This document shows positions 9,994-17,637 of a DNA stretch of 64,000 nucleotides, piece after piece. The notes beneath the pieces are model-generated. The model saw only the letters and a program-made list of their open reading frames with translations. It was not told the origin of the DNA and did no database searches. Origin of the DNA: an uncultured delta proteobacterium (GTDB lineage Bacteria; Myxococcota; Myxococcia; Myxococcales; Myxococcaceae); NCBI GenBank assembly GCA_963771175.1, contig CAVYSY010000040.1, positions 224,001-288,000 on the forward strand, read 5' to 3'. A program made the position numbers and the translations under genes. Each line of letters opens with the position of its first letter. The first letter of the stretch is position 1.

Positions 9994-11886
9994 CTAGTAG
10001 GTGCCCGTGAGCGAGACGCTGGAGTAGGCGCTGTAGCCGCGCAGCATCACGTGGAAGCGACCGGTGGTCGTCTGCGCGGCGATGTTGCACGTCTCGTTGT
10101 TGCCGCTCAGGTACGGGCGGCAGTCGTACGAGGTGGTGGAGGGCTGCGAGCCGAACTTCACGTACATGTCCGCGTCGCCCGTGCCACCGCTCATCACGAA
10201 GGACACCGCCCGGCCCGCCGGGACGTCCAGGTAGTAGAAGGTCTGCGAGCCCGAGGCGCCCGACAGGCCGGTCTTCGCCACGCCATTGGTCAGCGCGGTG
10301 GCCGGCGCGGACGGAGTCGCCACGCCCACGGCCTCCCAGGCCTTGCTGACCGAGGTCTGCTCGGCCGAACCCGTTCCATGGAGCATCGCGGCGGCCTGCT
10401 CGGTGTACGTCTTCGCCTGGGCGAAGGTGGTGCTGGCGGTGAAGAAGTCCGTGTTGGCCTTATAGAAGATGGCGCCGGCCTTCTGGATGCCGATCCCCGG
10501 CACGTTGACGGTCGTCTTGCCGCGCGGGTGCGTGCCTCCTTGGCCCAGCAGGTGGAAGGCCAGGTTGGAGATGCCCGAGTTCCAGTGCACGCCGCCGTTG
10601 TCGGAGGTGCCCGTGTAGCGCTCGGGGTAGTAGTCCTTCGACGAGCCGTCCTGCGTCGGGTTGGCCATGTAGCGCAGGGCGTCACCCGCGGTGGCCGGCG
10701 TCCACACGTCCTCGCCGATCTTCCAGACGTCCGGGCTCATGAACCAGCTCGTCGTGCTCCAGCTCTCGCAGTAGGCGGAGAAGATGTCGCTCAGGCTCTC
10801 GCTGAGCGCGCCGGGCTCGTGGGCGTAGGTGAGGTTGGACTCGTAGCTGGTCACCGCGTGGGTGAACTCGTGGTTGACCACGTCCATGTCGTTGCACAGC
10901 GGGCCCGACTGGACGCCGTCTCCGTCGCCGCACACCAGGTAGGTGCCATTCCAGAAGGCGCCGACGTAGTTGGTGCTGTAGTGGACGATGGCCTTCAGCT
11001 GTGCGCCGGCGTTGTTGTACGAGTCGCGGCCGAAGTTGGTCTTGAAGCAGTTATAGAAGATGCCGAGGTTGATGTAGGCCGTGTCCACGATGGGATCCCC
11101 GGTGCCCACGCCGCCCTCGCTGATCCTGAGCGTGCCAGGCAGCGTGGTGCCATTGTTGGCCGAGTACACCGCGCGGTTGATGGCGTCGTGGATGTCGGTG
11201 AAGCGCTCCACGATGGAGCCCGCGAGGGCATCGACGAAGACGTGGTCCTGGACGGGAGTGCCCGCGTGCTCGCCCGTCACGAGGACCTCGAAGGCCAGCT
11301 TCAGCCGCTCGTCCGCGCTGGAGCGGACGTAGACGAGGCGAGGCTCCTGCTCGGCACGGACCTCGCCGGGGGTGGCCTCCAGCGCCGCGACGCGAGCGGA
11401 TTCGGGAGCGATGCGGGCCCGGAAGGGGAGGTGCTCGCCATCACGGGCCGAGCCGTTGGCCGCGTAGACGGTGCCATTCGGGTCCACATGGATGATGAGC
11501 TCGTGGCCCACCACCGGAAGCCCGTTCTTCGTCTGGTCATAGCGGAGGTGTGTGTGGCCCTGCTCGTCCACGGAGAGCCGGCGCACGACGAGGTCCGAGG
11601 CATTCAGGCGGAAGACGGGGGTGATGCTGGCGAGGGCCGTGCCGACCTGCGCGTGGGCCTCGGCGGCCGAGAGGCCTCTCGGGGAGGTGCTCACCGAGCC
11701 GAGCTGGCCGCGAATCATGTATGGGACCCCGTCCGCGTGCACCCCCAGCACCTCCGCCGAGGGCAGTGCCGCGAGAGCCGCCTGGACATCCCCGGTGGAG
11801 ACGAGGTCGGCGGAAGGGTCCAACGGCTCCGTCTCACAGCCCGTGAGGGCGAGCGCGAGGCAGGTGGCGAGCATCCGGGTACGCAT
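9994..11886 (-). CDS. M4 family (thermolysin-like) zinc metalloprotease lipoprotein with FTP/PepSY propeptide and C-terminal PPC domain
   Basis: Lipobox LTGC; HEFTH, GALSESLSDIF, DNGGVHWNSGI, AFWNG; PPC motif SGGTGDADMYVKFGSQP...YDCRPY.SGNNETC. Confidence 0.95.
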   Translation of the reverse strand: MRTRMLATCLALALTGCETEPLDPSADLVSTGDVQAALAALPSAEVLGVHADGVPYMIRGQLGSVSTSPRGLSAAEAHAQVGTALASITPVFRLNASDLVVRRLSVDEQGHTHLRYDQTKNGLPVVGHELIIHVDPNGTVYAANGSARDGEHLPFRARIAPESARVAALEATPGEVRAEQEPRLVYVRSSADERLKLAFEVLVTGEHAGTPVQDHVFVDALAGSIVERFTDIHDAINRAVYSANNGTTLPGTLRISEGGVGTGDPIVDTAYINLGIFYNCFKTNFGRDSYNNAGAQLKAIVHYSTNYVGAFWNGTYLVCGDGDGVQSGPLCNDMDVVNHEFTHAVTSYESNLTYAHEPGALSESLSDIFSAYCESWSTTSWFMSPDVWKIGEDVWTPATAGDALRYMANPTQDGSSKDYYPERYTGTSDNGGVHWNSGISNLAFHLLGQGGTHPRGKTTVNVPGIGIQKAGAIFYKANTDFFTASTTFAQAKTYTEQAAAMLHGTGSAEQTSVSKAWEAVGVATPSAPATALTNGVAKTGLSGASGSQTFYYLDVPAGRAVSFVMSGGTGDADMYVKFGSQPSTTSYDCRPYLSGNNETCNIAAQTTTGRFHVMLRGYSAYSSVSLTGTY

Positions 11887-12001
11887 CCAGTATTACCCCC
11901 TTGAGTGGCGGCGGTGTGCCGCCGAGGTGGGCAGGATGAATGCCGGACAGAACAGCAATCAAGGTAAAAGCTGGAGCTGTTGGCTGAAGGATGTTTCGGT
12001 G

Positions 12002-12039
12002 GGGCCTCGGCATGGGGGCTCCCATCCATGCCGAGGCCC
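12002..12039. terminator. Strong hairpin downstream of the EEP/beta-barrel pair
   Basis: Perfect 14-bp inverted repeat GGGCCTCGGCATGG / CCATGCCGAGGCCC; no clear U tract. Confidence 0.6.
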
Positions 12040-12077
12040 TGGCGCGGGTTACACCCCCGAGCCGGAGCTCGAGCTGC

Positions 12078-12923
12078 TCAGAAGCCCGCCCAGATGAAGT
12101 CCAGCGTCGGCAGGAAGTCGTTGCTCCGGACGCGGACGCGCTCACTGAAGCCGTCACTGCCCTCGCTCACGCGCGTGGCCCCATGGTCCGCGTTGGCCCA
12201 CAAGACACCGGCGGTGATGCGGCTGTGCTGGAAGACGGCGATGTCGAGACCCAGGTGGGCCGTGACCACGAGCGGGGACACGGTGGCAATGGGCCCCACG
12301 TCCTGACCCGAGACGACGAGGTTGCCCTGGGGCCCGGTGACATGGAGGTTGAGCTCTCCGCGCAGGCGCAGACGGTCGTTGAAGGCATGGTCATACGCGC
12401 CCCCCACCCGCGAGTGGAAGCCCGTGAGCGGCGCCGCGAGCACGAGGTCCAACGGGGTGAGGAAGGAGTTGAGGGGAGTGGCGCTATTGGGTCCGAGCGG
12501 AACGCGGAAGGCCGCATCCGCCTTGAGCGTCCACACATCGTTCGCGAGCACATCCCCCGAGAGCAACAGACCCGCCCTCGGAATCAGCATCCAACCGATG
12601 TCGCTCTGGCTGGTGGCCCAGTTGGGGAAGAAATAGCCCTTCGTCAGACGCAGGGCGAACGTGGGCACCGACAGCCCGGCCTCCGCCGTCAGTCGGAGCG
12701 GCGAGCGCACCAGCGCGAAGCGGGCATCCACATGGGGGGCCATCAAGAAGAGGAGCGGGTGGGTCTGGAGCTCGACCCGGTCGTGGACCGCGATGCGCAG
12801 CGGGTTGAACACGCCCACGCTCCAGGCGCCCCGAGGACCCACGTCCGCGGTGTCCCGGGCGGGCAGGGGTTGGGAGAAGGCGAGGGTGCTTCCCAACAGG
12901 ACGAACAGCAGGACGGCTCTCAT
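12078..12923 (-). CDS. Hypothetical exported protein, probable outer-membrane beta-barrel
   Basis: Signal peptide MRAVLLFVLLGSTLAFS, amphipathic strands, C-terminal LDFIWAGF; ATGA overlap with the upstream EEP gene. Confidence 0.7.
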   Translation of the reverse strand: MRAVLLFVLLGSTLAFSQPLPARDTADVGPRGAWSVGVFNPLRIAVHDRVELQTHPLLFLMAPHVDARFALVRSPLRLTAEAGLSVPTFALRLTKGYFFPNWATSQSDIGWMLIPRAGLLLSGDVLANDVWTLKADAAFRVPLGPNSATPLNSFLTPLDLVLAAPLTGFHSRVGGAYDHAFNDRLRLRGELNLHVTGPQGNLVVSGQDVGPIATVSPLVVTAHLGLDIAVFQHSRITAGVLWANADHGATRVSEGSDGFSERVRVRSNDFLPTLDFIWAGF

Positions 12924-14080
12924 GGCAGCCTCCAGGTACCGGCGACGGGGGCATGGTCGGACAGCCGGCTGGCATCGCTCTGGACCTCGAGACGCCCGGG
13001 GCCCTGGATGACATCGGTCGCCGTCCACACCTCTCCCTTTCGGATGAAGAGGTAGTCCAGCGTGCGGTTCCAGGTGCCGCGCGTCCCCTGCTTGTTCTCG
13101 CTGTCCGGGCCGAGCACCGAGTGCGTGAAGTAGGCCCGTTGGCTCTCCTCACCCACGCCGTAGCGGGCCAGGGATATGAAGGGCTCGAAGTCGTCGTAGA
13201 AGGGCTTCATGACGCTGGGCGTGTAGGGCGGCTGTTCGTACTCGGTGCCCTGGCTGCTCTCGTCCTCGTCCAGGAAGCCCACCAGCCGCAGCTTGCCCTC
13301 GCAGGAGTCGGACGCGCCCGCGGTCGCTTTCTCGTTACACACGGGGGGCAGCTCGTTGAAGTCTCCTCCGAGCACCCAGGGCAGCGTCTCCGCCTGGACG
13401 ACGTCGTGGATCTGTCGGATCTGCTTCTGCTTGGTGCCGTCCCGGTCATACGCCTCGGTGTGCACCACGTATGCGGCGATGGTCCGGTCGCCCAGGTCCA
13501 CCTCGACCCGGCCGATGGCGCGCTTGATGTAGAACGTCGACGTCACCGGATCCTGATCCGTGCGATCCTCCTGCCGGATGCGCTCGGCCTTGGTGATGGG
13601 GTAGCGCGAGAAGATGGCGTTGCCCAGGTTGATACGACCCACGCCCTCGGACGGCACGTAGCGCGAGTCCCAGGTGGACATATAGGCCGCGTAGCGGAGA
13701 TGGGTGTTCTCCAGCAGGAAGCGCACCTGGTCGATGTAGGCGCTGCGCTTCGAGTCGACCTCGATCTCCTCCGTCATGAGGATGTCCGGGTCGTACTCGC
13801 GGATGAGTGCCGCCACGCGCGTGAGGCAGTCCGTCACCTCGGAGGTGGACATCTGGACGCGGTCACCCCAGAAGTCGAACCAGAAGTCGATGCGGCAGGC
13901 TCCGTACTTCACGTTCCACGCCATCACCTTGAGTGAGGTGGGGTTCGCCGCTGGGGCGGGGTGTTCCGCCCGGGCCTTGAACCGCGGGACCTCTTCTCGG
14001 GTGAAGGACAGTGGGTCGGCAACCCATTCGCAACTGGCCAGCAATGGGAGGAGGAGGAGCCAAGGGAGCGATCGTCTCAT
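12920..14080 (-). CDS. Endonuclease/exonuclease/phosphatase (EEP) family lipoprotein
   Basis: Lipobox LASC; LKVMAWNVK, DPDILMTEEI, GNAIFSRYPI, GGDFNE, LDYLF, SDHAPV. Confidence 0.93.
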   Translation of the reverse strand: MRRSLPWLLLLPLLASCEWVADPLSFTREEVPRFKARAEHPAPAANPTSLKVMAWNVKYGACRIDFWFDFWGDRVQMSTSEVTDCLTRVAALIREYDPDILMTEEIEVDSKRSAYIDQVRFLLENTHLRYAAYMSTWDSRYVPSEGVGRINLGNAIFSRYPITKAERIRQEDRTDQDPVTSTFYIKRAIGRVEVDLGDRTIAAYVVHTEAYDRDGTKQKQIRQIHDVVQAETLPWVLGGDFNELPPVCNEKATAGASDSCEGKLRLVGFLDEDESSQGTEYEQPPYTPSVMKPFYDDFEPFISLARYGVGEESQRAYFTHSVLGPDSENKQGTRGTWNRTLDYLFIRKGEVWTATDVIQGPGRLEVQSDASRLSDHAPVAGTWRLP

Positions 14081-14155
14081 GCGGGGCGCGAGGGTACTCC
14101 GACTCCGACTCCGGCGCTCGGAGGGGCGATGATTCCAGCGCGAAAAGGCGAAGGG

Positions 14156-14194
14156 CGCTGCATCGACGCGGCGCGGTGTGAGTACGTCGAGCAC
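14156..14194 (+). repeat. 39-bp stray copy of an internal segment of the immunity gene
   Basis: CGCTGCATCGACGCGGCGCGGTGTGAGTACGTCGAGCAC matches 15103-15141 at 38/39 nt (RCIDxARCEYVEH). Confidence 0.9.
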
Positions 14195-14264
14195 GGCTGA
14201 GCGGGGCTCGGACTCCTCGCATTTCCGCCCACGAATCATGGGAGGGGACATGCCGGACGCGAAG

Positions 14265-14363
14265 GTGGGAGACGGCTTTACCTAAGTCGAGCTCTCGCTC
14301 TTCCAGGTGCTGGAGGGCCTGCGCTACGCCTTCCCCAATGCCTTCAAGGGCCTGGAGCCCCGG
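14265..14363 (+). pseudogene. Glutathione S-transferase C-terminal-domain fragment
   Basis: Translates VGDGFT*VELSLFQVLEGLRYAFPNAFKGLEPR, resembling the GST motif VG..LTY.DLSLFQ..EGLRYAFP, with TAA where Tyr is expected; recognised by eye. Confidence 0.7.
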
Positions 14364-14753
14364 TGGGGACGGGGGCCGCAGCGGCGAGGGCCACGGGGGC
14401 GTGGCGGGGATGGCTCGAAGAAGGACGGGAGCCACTGGCACCACCTCGCCACCAACAAGAACGACATCTCCGGTGCCAACGGCGGCCCGTGGACTCCTGC
14501 CTTCAAGAAGATTTTCGACAAGGCGGGGATGAGCCTGGAGGCGAAGGAGAACCTCGTCTATCTCCAGGGCCACCAGGGCCCGCACCCCGAGGCGTATCAT
14601 GCGGAAATCTTCGACAGGCTCCAGGACGCAACGGAAGATTGCAGGAGTCAGATTGAGTGTCGGAGCAGTCTGGTGAAGGAGTTGGACAAGATTGCAGGAG
14701 AGGTCTGCACTCCTGGCTCATCGCTTCATAAGATTCTCACGAAGAAGCCATAG
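14361..14753 (+). pseudogene. Orphan AHH-nuclease toxin C-terminal domain (5'-truncated copy)
   Basis: Homologous to 16474-16865; HWHHLATNKN...GGPWTP.F...AGM.L...ENLV...GHQGPHPEAYH; no signal peptide or N-terminal domain. Confidence 0.88.
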
Positions 14754-14775
14754 CACCGGAGCACGAGGATCAGAC

Positions 14776-15339
14776 ATGTCCAGATACTTCATGCTTCGTG
14801 ACCACATGAGTTTTCCGGGGCGCTGGGTGCTGGATGGTCCCTTCGATGAGCAGGGAGAGGAGATCGACTCCTGGCAGTTCAAGAAGGGCCGGCGCGTGGA
14901 ACTGGCCGGGGTGGCGTATTTCCCCATGTCGCATCGAGGGTGCGCGCTGGACATCAGCCAGACGGGACTGGGAGTCCCCGTGGTGCATGGCCGGGTGGCC
15001 GACATCCTCGAGCGCCTCTGCGGCCAGGACGTGCAACTCCTGCCAGCCAGGGTGGAGGGGCAGAGCGACTCCTGGTTCATCCTCAACCTGCTGCGAGTCA
15101 TCCGCTGCATCGACGAGGCGCGGTGTGAGTACGTCGAGCACTGGAAGCCCGAGGACAACCGGCCGGACAAGGTGGGGGAGTGCCGCAACGTCCGGGGGCT
15201 GAAGGTGGACCCGGCGAAGATTGGAGATGCCCACATCTTCCGGCCCTGGGGATGGCGCGTGGTCATCCTCGTCTCCGAGCCGCTCAAGCTCGCGCTGGAA
15301 CAGGCGGGCATCACCGGCATGAAGTACATCGAGGCCTGA
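14776..15339 (+). CDS. Imm11/DUF1629-like immunity protein 1
   Basis: Directly downstream of the AHH tip, with GAGGA RBS; motifs DVQLLPARVEG, FILNLLRVIRCIDEARC, LKVDPAKIGDAHIFRPWGW, VSEPLKLALE..GITG. Confidence 0.88.
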   Translation: MSRYFMLRDHMSFPGRWVLDGPFDEQGEEIDSWQFKKGRRVELAGVAYFPMSHRGCALDISQTGLGVPVVHGRVADILERLCGQDVQLLPARVEGQSDSWFILNLLRVIRCIDEARCEYVEHWKPEDNRPDKVGECRNVRGLKVDPAKIGDAHIFRPWGWRVVILVSEPLKLALEQAGITGMKYIEA

Positions 15340-15390
15340 CGACCTCAAGTGACTCGGGTCCTGCCGCGTCGCGTGCTGCCCCTGCGTCAG

Positions 15391-15478
15391 CCCTCGATTC
15401 CGAGCCCTTCCTCGTCGGCGCTCGCCCACCGTGTTGAGCGCGCTGCCAGAACGCAGTGCCGACGCTGGCGTCCACGAG
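15391..15478 (+). repeat. Diverged direct-repeat copy of 17581-17669 (terminator right arm plus last ~10 codons of the beta-barrel gene)
   Basis: CTCGATtCCGAGCCCTTC...GAGCGCGCTGCC-AGAAcGCaGTGCCGaCGCTGGCGtCCACGA aligns with 17581-17669 at roughly 80% by eye; minus strand reads VDASVGTAF versus VGASAGTAF*. Confidence 0.85.
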
Positions 15479-15560
15479 TCAAGAAGCGCCTGGAGGCGAG
15501 GGTGGGACTCACACCGGCAGTAGCTGCCGTCCAGCGGTCGCGGAGGGTATGGAGAGCTCC

Positions 15561-16865
15561 ATGCCTCCGCGAGCGCCCTGGTTGTTTCAACTCGTACTGC
15601 TGGCGACAACGGGCACGGCCCTGATGGCGACGTCGGCGGGAGCGGCCTCCGCACTGTCGAGCAGGATGGTGCAGGTGCGCGAGGTGCCGGGAGGGGTGAG
15701 GCTCCTCTTCGAGCCGCAGGGGAGGGCGGCGGAACTGGAGAAGCTGACGGTGGAGCAGGCGCGCGGAGTGCTGGCCGCGTTCCGCGAGGACTTCGGCCCG
15801 GTGCCGCCCAGCCGACCGGAGCGGGTGGTAGCGCTCGCGGCCGTGGCGTGCGGGGCGGTGGCGTGCGGACCGGGAGAGGAGTGGGAGAAGCGGCTGCGAG
15901 CGGCCTACGTCGCGAGGTACGGAGTGCCGGAGGTGGAGCTGCCGCCGCTGGCGAGCGACAGGCTGGCGGGGGTGTTGAGGCTGTCACCGCGGTACATGAA
16001 GGAGGGGGTGAGGGAAGCAGCGGTGGAGTTGTTCGGAGACCCGCTCTTCCTGGCGGGGGTGTCCACGTCGGTGGTGGCCTATTTCCTGGCGTGGGCAGTG
16101 CCCGAGCCGTTGCTCAGCAAGACGGCGGCGGTGGTGGTGACAGTGGGACTGGTGGCGGCCTTCGGAGTGGCGGAGCTGCACCAACTGGGAGTGGCATGCC
16201 TGAGGCTCTACCGGGAGGCGGAGGCGGCGAGGACGCCCGAGGAGATGGAGAAGGCGGCCGAGCACTTCGGCAAGGCAGTGGGAGGAGTGGCGTTGAGGGC
16301 GCTGGTGATGGCGGCGAGCGCCGGGGTGGCCAAGGGGCTGCCGAAGGTGCCGAAGGGAGGGCTGTGGGAGAGCGTGGCGCCCGCGAGCCAGGCGCTGCCC
16401 GGGGGGCTGACGCTGAGCGTGTCGACGACGGCGCAGGTGGTGGCGGACGGGACGGTGGTGCTGATGGGGGCGGCGGTGGGAACGGGGGCCGCGGCGGCGA
16501 GGGCCACGGGGGCGTGCGGGGATGGCTCGAAGAAGGACGGGAGCCACTGGCACCACCTCGCCACCAACAAGAACGACATCTCCGGTGCCAACGGTGGCCC
16601 CTGGACTCCTGCGTTCGAGGAAATCTTCGCCAAGGCGGGGATGCGCCTGGATGCGAAGGAGAACCTCGTCTACCTCCTGGGCCACCAGGGGCCTCACCCC
16701 GAGGCGTATCATGCGGAAATCTTCGACAGGCTCCGGATCGCAACGGCACGCTGCAAGACGCAGACGGAGTGTCGGAGCATGCTGGTGGAGGAGCTGGACA
16801 AGATTGCAGGAGAGGTCTGCACTCCTGGCTCATCGCTTCATAAGCTTCTCACGAAGAAACCATAG
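15561..16865 (+). CDS. Full-length polymorphic toxin with a SitA-like (PEP..SK) hydrophobic central domain and a C-terminal AHH nuclease
   Basis: N-terminal signal; AWAVPEPLLSKTAA...LYREAEAART.EE.EKAAEHFGK..GG.ALR region typical of myxobacterial SitA5-like toxins; AHH motif; immunity gene follows. Confidence 0.85.
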   Translation: MPPRAPWLFQLVLLATTGTALMATSAGAASALSSRMVQVREVPGGVRLLFEPQGRAAELEKLTVEQARGVLAAFREDFGPVPPSRPERVVALAAVACGAVACGPGEEWEKRLRAAYVARYGVPEVELPPLASDRLAGVLRLSPRYMKEGVREAAVELFGDPLFLAGVSTSVVAYFLAWAVPEPLLSKTAAVVVTVGLVAAFGVAELHQLGVACLRLYREAEAARTPEEMEKAAEHFGKAVGGVALRALVMAASAGVAKGLPKVPKGGLWESVAPASQALPGGLTLSVSTTAQVVADGTVVLMGAAVGTGAAAARATGACGDGSKKDGSHWHHLATNKNDISGANGGPWTPAFEEIFAKAGMRLDAKENLVYLLGHQGPHPEAYHAEIFDRLRIATARCKTQTECRSMLVEELDKIAGEVCTPGSSLHKLLTKKP

Positions 16866-16887
16866 CACCGGAGCACGAGGAACAGAC

Positions 16888-17451
16888 ATGTCCAGGTACT
16901 TCATGCTTCGTGACCACATGAGCTTTCCGGGGCGCTGGGTCCTGAGAAGCCCTGTCGACGAGCAGGGAGCTGAGATCGATTCCTGGCAGTTCGGGGAGGG
17001 GCAGCCCGTGGAGCTGGCAGGTGTTGCGTATTTCCCCATGTCGCATCGAGGGTGTGCGCTGGACATCAGCCAGACGGGACTGGGAGTCCCGGTGGTGCAC
17101 GGCCGGGCGGCCGCCCTCCTCGAGCGCCTCTGCGGCCAGGACGTGCAGTTACTGCCGGCAAGGGTGGAGGGGCAGAGCGACTCCTGGTTTATCCTCAACC
17201 TGCTGCGCGTCATCCGCTGCATCGAGGAGGCGCGGTGTGAGTATGTCGAGCACTGGAAGCCCGAGGACAACCAGCCGGACAAGGTGGGGGAGTACCGCAA
17301 CGTCCGGGGGCTGAAGGTGGACCCGGCGAAGATTGGAGATGCCCACATCTTCCGGCCTTGGGGATGGCGCGTGGCCATCATTGTCTCCGAGCCGCTCAAG
17401 CTCGCGCTGGAACAGGCCGGCATCACAGGCATGAAATACATCGAGGTCTGA
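16888..17451 (+). CDS. Imm11/DUF1629-like immunity protein 2
   Basis: Paralogue of 14776..15339 (17 differences in 187 aa), directly downstream of the toxin. Confidence 0.88.
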   Translation: MSRYFMLRDHMSFPGRWVLRSPVDEQGAEIDSWQFGEGQPVELAGVAYFPMSHRGCALDISQTGLGVPVVHGRAAALLERLCGQDVQLLPARVEGQSDSWFILNLLRVIRCIEEARCEYVEHWKPEDNQPDKVGEYRNVRGLKVDPAKIGDAHIFRPWGWRVAIIVSEPLKLALEQAGITGMKYIEV

Positions 17452-17461
17452 TGACCCTCAC

Positions 17462-17527
17462 CTTTGGCACGCCGTCCCCGCTCTTGTCCGGGTCGCACGT
17501 ATCGCCCAGACCGTCGTGATCTTGGTT
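17462..17527 (-). pseudogene. Thrombospondin type 3 repeat remnant
   Basis: Translates NQDHDGLGDTCDPDKSGDGVPK, fitting the TSP3 pattern DxDxDGxGDxCDxDxDGDGVP; no flanking gene. Confidence 0.55.
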
Positions 17528-17544
17528 TGAATGTCCAGACACCT

Positions 17545-17600
17545 CGAAAAGGCGAAGGGCCCGGAATCGTCGAGGCGTGCCTCTCGATCCCGAGCCCTTC
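17545..17600. terminator. Hairpin terminator between immunity gene 2 and the convergent beta-barrel gene
   Basis: GAAGGGC.CGG.ATCG..GAGGC / GCCTC.CGAT.CCG.GCCCTTC; on the minus strand followed by GCCTTTT. Confidence 0.65.
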
Positions 17601-17637
17601 TCTGTTGGGCTCTTGCCCGCCGCGCCGAGCGCGCTGC

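Noticed and set aside
6706..11904. 1732-aa plus-strand ORF
   Set aside because: Antisense shadow of the CARDB and M4 genes in high-GC DNA; Gly/Arg/Ala/His-rich with no recognisable motif
14141..15410. Orphan cassette as an IS or MITE bounded by GAAGGGC/GCCCTTC inverted repeats
   Set aside because: The repeats are the arms of the duplicated terminator; no transposase or target-site duplication is visible
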